A stretch of DNA of 64,000 nucleotides from a virus: positions 1 to 64,000 of IMG/VR virus record IMGVR_UViG_3300029985_000036; one strand, written 5' to 3'. Under the pieces are notes generated by a model that made no database searches, was not told where the DNA came from, and saw only the letters and a list, made by a program, of their open reading frames with translations. A program made the translations under genes and the position numbers. Below, one piece after another: positions 59,610-64,000 of this stretch. How positions within the stretch are numbered: the stretch's first letter is position 1; each line of letters opens with the position of its first letter.

Positions 59610-60488
59610 TTACTTAGCACTTTTAGGGACTCTATCTTGTTCTGGGGATAGAGCAGAACAGAGTTTTGTTTGGATAAATGTAAATATCGTTAAAATATCA
59701 CATCGTGTTCTAATAAGGTGTTCTTGTTTTTCTACATGAACACGAGGATCTATCTCATTCCCAAAAATAGTTGGAGCAAATAGACGTTTACGTAAAAACT
59801 TAAGCGTTGTATATCCCTCACGAATATCTTCATGATCAAATAAAAGATTCAAATAATAGGTATAGATTTCATCATATTTCACAACTGAATCAAATGTCAT
59901 TTTTGTAAAATCAATATAGTCGACAGTTACAACGACTTTCAATAGTTGTGAAAAATACAATCCTACAATATTTCGATCCATACGATTAAGTTGAAGCGGA
60001 TATGTATTTATGATAAGTTGAATTGGATCTCGTTTGCTAATAACAGCAGAGTGATTGATATTAACAGCAATTTGGGCTTGAAGTGTTACTATAAATTGAG
60101 TAACGGGTGAACTATGAAGAATCTTACTTGACCACAATGGATCAGCAATACGTGTCCGAATTTCAGCATTGCTTAATTTAAAGGCTGGGAAATAATGAGC
60201 AATATCATTGAATTTACGGATTTGATATTCTGGTAATTTATCAATAATCGATCGATATAAAGCAAGATGTTCTTCTGGGGTTGATGTGTCTTTTCGTTCA
60301 TCTCGAAAAGTCATCAATGCACCAATGTTGAAATCTTTAACCAATGCAAGATCCACATAAATCTGATCGGGAGTAATCAGATCCGATATAAGCATCTCTG
60401 CATTGAACCGTTTTAATTCCTCTTCATCGATCTGTAATGGTTTTTTATCTTTCTGTTGTGAGGTATCAGAGAATGAGCTATCACTCAT
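59610..60488 (-). CDS. Hypothetical protein
   Basis: 292-aa ORF, AGGA RBS. Confidence 0.75.
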   Translation of the reverse strand: MSDSSFSDTSQQKDKKPLQIDEEELKRFNAEMLISDLITPDQIYVDLALVKDFNIGALMTFRDERKDTSTPEEHLALYRSIIDKLPEYQIRKFNDIAHYFPAFKLSNAEIRTRIADPLWSSKILHSSPVTQFIVTLQAQIAVNINHSAVISKRDPIQLIINTYPLQLNRMDRNIVGLYFSQLLKVVVTVDYIDFTKMTFDSVVKYDEIYTYYLNLLFDHEDIREGYTTLKFLRKRLFAPTIFGNEIDPRVHVEKQEHLIRTRCDILTIFTFIQTKLCSALSPEQDRVPKSAK

Positions 60489-60558
60489 ATTAAAGATCCT
60501 AAAACAATATCATTGCGAGTCATACTATGACAATCGCGTCTTTGGAGAATAACATATT

Positions 60559-61047
60559 GTGCCTGTAACCGTAACAAAAATCTTATCCTCTACAGAGTTT
60601 TTAGCTCTTAATAATGACGCAATGGCAAAAGGATATTATAATACAGATCCTCGAATCTTTACGCCGGGTATGGCCTGGGAAGAAGATTGGATCTATGATC
60701 CTTTTGGTGTTCGTAAGGTAGCTGGTGGACACGTTATGATAAAATCTCCAACTGCCCCCAACAAAGAGTATCTATCCATCCACTATTGGAAGGATTGGGC
60801 TCACATTAGACCACCCATCACAGTCGTGTGTCCTAACGGTGCCCACTGGGGTTGGGATCACAAATCTAGTAATGGTGATGGCTGGATTGTTACCAGTACA
60901 AACTCAGTGTTTTCATGTCACCCTTCCATTGTGGTTCCAGGATATCATGGATGGTTTAAGAATGGAACCTTTTCATCTGACCTAGAAGGTCGGGGTCCTA
61001 CCGGTATTTCTAAACCTCTTCCAGAAGGATTGTTACCATGCAAGTAG
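60559..61047 (+). CDS. Hypothetical protein with a DUF6527-like metal-binding C-terminus
   Basis: CP...W...W....PSI....HGW..NG pattern. GGAG RBS. Overlaps the RNAP start. Confidence 0.6.
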   Translation: MPVTVTKILSSTEFLALNNDAMAKGYYNTDPRIFTPGMAWEEDWIYDPFGVRKVAGGHVMIKSPTAPNKEYLSIHYWKDWAHIRPPITVVCPNGAHWGWDHKSSNGDGWIVTSTNSVFSCHPSIVVPGYHGWFKNGTFSSDLEGRGPTGISKPLPEGLLPCK

Positions 61048-62522
61048 ACGCTCCATTTAATGTAAAGCTTTTGGATGTTAATGCCTACATTCGATCTTGG
61101 TTTGTACATCCTGTTGTCGATCTTTCTTTTTATGCCCCCTCCTCAGGGAATGCCTTCTCTCAAACAGGATTATTCTCAGAAACCATCTTTGGCACTCTGG
61201 GTTCAACAGAACGCATGGTAACCTTTGGTTATATTGCACTGAATACATCCGTTCTTCAGCCACTGATCTACAAGAATCTCATTAAACTTGCAGCGCTTTA
61301 TGAAGAGATTATAACGGGTAATGCATATGCCCGATTCAATGATGAGACACATGATTTTGTGCGATGTCCAGATCCTGAAAAGTTTAATGATGCAGGTACT
61401 GGATATACCTTCTTTATGAATCGGTTTAATGACATTCAATTTGCACGAAATGATTCAAGAATCAGATCTGATCGAATTGATATCATTGAGAAATTCCGAG
61501 ACATTCTATTTTGTGATAAATTCTTGGTACTCCCTGCAGGTCTTCGTGATCTTGCAGAAGATCAAGGTGCTGTTACAACAGATGATATCAACAAACTTTA
61601 TCAAACATTGTTGTCCTATAGTTTTGCTCTTCCTCCTCATTCCAATAGTACAATCTATGATGGAGTACGAACTTCTATTCAAAAGAAAGTCGTAGAAATA
61701 TATGATTATATTGAAAATATTTTAACAGGTAAAAAGGGCTTTATTCAGGGGGTTTGGGGACACCGACATGTAGCTCTTGGTACCCGGAATGTGATCACTG
61801 CAGCTTCATATGCGACCATGACGCCCAATGACCCACAGACCCTTCAACCAGATGAAACCAAGCTCGGATTGTTTCAGACAGCAAAGGCTTTACAACCCAT
61901 TGTTGTTCATCATATCAGAACCAGTTTCTTAGCACCAGTATTTGGAGAAGGCTCCAATCTGGTTCCTCTTACAGATCCAAAAACATATGAACTTGCCTAT
62001 CGATCTCTCAGTAATAAAGAACTATCAAGATTTGATAATCCAGAGGCCATTGAAGATTGGATCTCTCGATTTCAAAATGTTGATATCAGAAATCAACCCG
62101 TCACCATTTATGATGTCGAAGGTAAACCTTTTTATCTTTTAATGGTTTATGATGAGGGTGACGAGATCGCTCTCTTTCGAAGTCTGAATGAATTTCAGAA
62201 TGTATTTCTTCGTGAAATTGATCATTCTAAAATTCGTCCCTTAACTTGGGCTGAGTTGATCTACATGGCTGCTTATAATGCATCTAATGGAAAACATGTA
62301 TTCATCACACGGTATCCCGTTATTCAAGATGAATCTTGTTATCCGACGAAGATTCATCTGAGTTCTACTCAACCGGCTCGTGTTGTCAGGTTGATGAACA
62401 CAGTTATTGATCAGGTTGTTTATACCTATCCTGAATATCCAATTCTGGGAAGACCCTTCCTCGATAGTATCCAATTGGCGACATCTCGGCTAAGTGGTCT
62501 GGATGCAGACTACGATGGAGAT
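61038..62522 (+). CDS. Virion RNA polymerase beta' subunit, N-terminal/catalytic part (phiKZ gp180-like), exon 1
   Basis: GLFSETIFG, VLPAGLRD, GKKGFIQ, RNVIT, TRYP and catalytic DADYDGD. The ORF stops 11 codons later, at 62558. Confidence 0.9.
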
Positions 62523-64000
62523 TCAACTACTTATTGTTTTCTGACAGAAAACCCATAGCAATTCCTACATAGTCACTTGCTTATGGACTTTTTAATTCTG
62601 ACACTATATTATAGAATTTAAAAGAGTAACTATAATGTCAGAAGAAGAGTTTGTAAAAATTCCTCATTTTTCTAGATACTCCATTTCAAAAAATGGAACT
62701 GTCATAGAAGATGTAAAACACCAAATTGTTGTACCGACATACAACAGATATGGACTTCCAATCGTTGCCCTAAAAAATGAACGCAATAATTTGTGCAATA
62801 TGTCTATTGCCAAACTTGTATTACTTACTTACAACCCACTTGTAAATAATAATTATCCTTATGTAACTATTTCATATGTAGATAAAAATATAAAAAATAT
62901 TGTCTTAGACAATCTTGAATGGAATTTTGTCATATATAAACCTCAATTTATTCCAGGTATTAATATACGAAATGATGAATTTGTAACTGTTTATGGAACA
63001 ACAGATTACATGATTAATGCATTTGGTATTCTACTTAATAAAAAAGGTAAACAACTAACGGGACACACTGATAGCAGTGGGTATATTAAAACAGAAATTG
63101 ATGGTGCCGGAACTACAAGTATCCATCGATTAGTTGCGCTTACATTTTTAGAACATCCGATTGATACAACTGATCTGATTATAAATCACAAAGATGGAAA
63201 CACCAGTAATAACTATTATAAAAATCTTGAATGGTGTAGTTATACCAATAACATTGATCATGCGTATGATAACAAAATGAGAAGTCAAAATATTCCGATT
63301 TTAGCTATGGATATTGAAACTCGTGAGATTGTGAGTCATTATAGTTTACGTGATTTTTGTTATAATGTTGAGATTCCCCACATTGCGATTTGGTGGAGGT
63401 TGCGAAATAATAGAAATATAACTCCGTATCATGGATTTTATATCAAATATACTACAGATTTAAGGCCGTGGCCTAAAAAAGATGGTGTTGTCAATGTGTA
63501 TGAAAAGAAAAAAATATTAATTAAAAATATGTCAAGTGGAGATGTAACTATTTTCACAAGCTATAATGAAATAACACGACAATATAAATTTCAAAAGAAT
63601 TCTATTTTATATCAACTGAATAAACCAGAGCCGGAACCATATCACGGACTTCTTATTAAATTTGAAAATGATAAACCTTGGCCACTATACAGCGAACAAG
63701 ATCTTCATAAATATTCACTTAAAAAAATGCCACAGAGTAAGCCCATTTCAGTCTATAATACACAAACTCAAGAAACAAAAACCTATGAGGGAATTCGAGA
63801 GTTTTGTCGAGACATTAACTATAAAGCTGAGATGTTTATACGAGAAAAAGTCAAATCAAACAAACCCTTTAAACACTATGAAATAAATTATCTGTAACAA
63901 TAGCGATTATGTCGGTAATCCTTATTGTAAATTGTTAATATGTTCCTGTCAGAAACAATAGTATACAGTCCATCTTGATGGTAACATCAAGAATGAATTC
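62523..64000 (+). mobile_element. Probable group I intron (5' part; runs off the window)
   Basis: Starts after the U of the last catalytic Asp codon. 62528-62547 pairs with 63946-63963, followed by a GUAA-tetraloop hairpin at 63973-63992. Contains an HNH gene. The catalytic core is not visible. Confidence 0.7.
62635..63897 (+). CDS. HNH homing endonuclease (NUMOD4/HNH_3 type)
   Basis: IHRLVALTF...INHKDGNTSNN..KNLEW, a degenerate N-terminal copy, three C-terminal repeats (PYHGF, PYHGL, PFKHY). Strongly AT-rich. Confidence 0.92.
   Translation: MSEEEFVKIPHFSRYSISKNGTVIEDVKHQIVVPTYNRYGLPIVALKNERNNLCNMSIAKLVLLTYNPLVNNNYPYVTISYVDKNIKNIVLDNLEWNFVIYKPQFIPGINIRNDEFVTVYGTTDYMINAFGILLNKKGKQLTGHTDSSGYIKTEIDGAGTTSIHRLVALTFLEHPIDTTDLIINHKDGNTSNNYYKNLEWCSYTNNIDHAYDNKMRSQNIPILAMDIETREIVSHYSLRDFCYNVEIPHIAIWWRLRNNRNITPYHGFYIKYTTDLRPWPKKDGVVNVYEKKKILIKNMSSGDVTIFTSYNEITRQYKFQKNSILYQLNKPEPEPYHGLLIKFENDKPWPLYSEQDLHKYSLKKMPQSKPISVYNTQTQETKTYEGIREFCRDINYKAEMFIREKVKSNKPFKHYEINYL

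Noticed and set aside
62523-63897. Intein in the RNAP gene
   Set aside because: An in-frame stop at 62556-62558 and a separately initiated HNH ORF exclude a protein-splicing element.
1-64000. tRNA, rRNA or CRISPR array
   Set aside because: No cloverleaf with T-loop and CCA, and no regularly spaced direct repeats seen by eye. tRNAscan was not run.
1-64000. Alternative genetic code (stop-codon reassignment)
   Set aside because: Core genes are long and intact under code 11 and end in TAA, TAG or TGA.

Overview
The window is a 64-kb segment of a divergent phiKZ-like jumbo phage genome (Chimalliviridae-type), AT-rich and read with the standard code. It encodes three virion RNAP subunits (gp149-, gp80- and gp180-like), one non-virion RNAP beta subunit (gp123-like), the polymerase half of a split family-B DNA polymerase, and a portal. 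It also carries head, baseplate and tail proteins, two paralogous fibres, a GroEL-like chaperonin, and a GyrB/GyrA-like topoisomerase II pair with an HTH-like gene between them. Main signals read directly from the DNA: (1) a probable group I intron inserted right after the vRNAP DYDGD catalytic motif, with the HNH endonuclease gene apparently looped out of an extended P1 helix; (2) a T-TTT-TTT -1 frameshift site that would fuse a 480-aa tail-assembly protein to a start-less downstream frame; (3) five copies of a bipartite TTCR-N11-12-ATATATATYA promoter-like motif upstream of units with small membrane proteins and Shine-Dalgarno-led minigenes; (4) a family of long near-perfect palindromes, three with an identical GGCATATGCC core; (5) a gp181-like tail protein with a GH24 lysozyme and a Tae2/BPSL0067-like amidase. 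All phiKZ gene assignments come from remembered motifs and synteny, not from database searches. No tRNA, rRNA or CRISPR array was seen.
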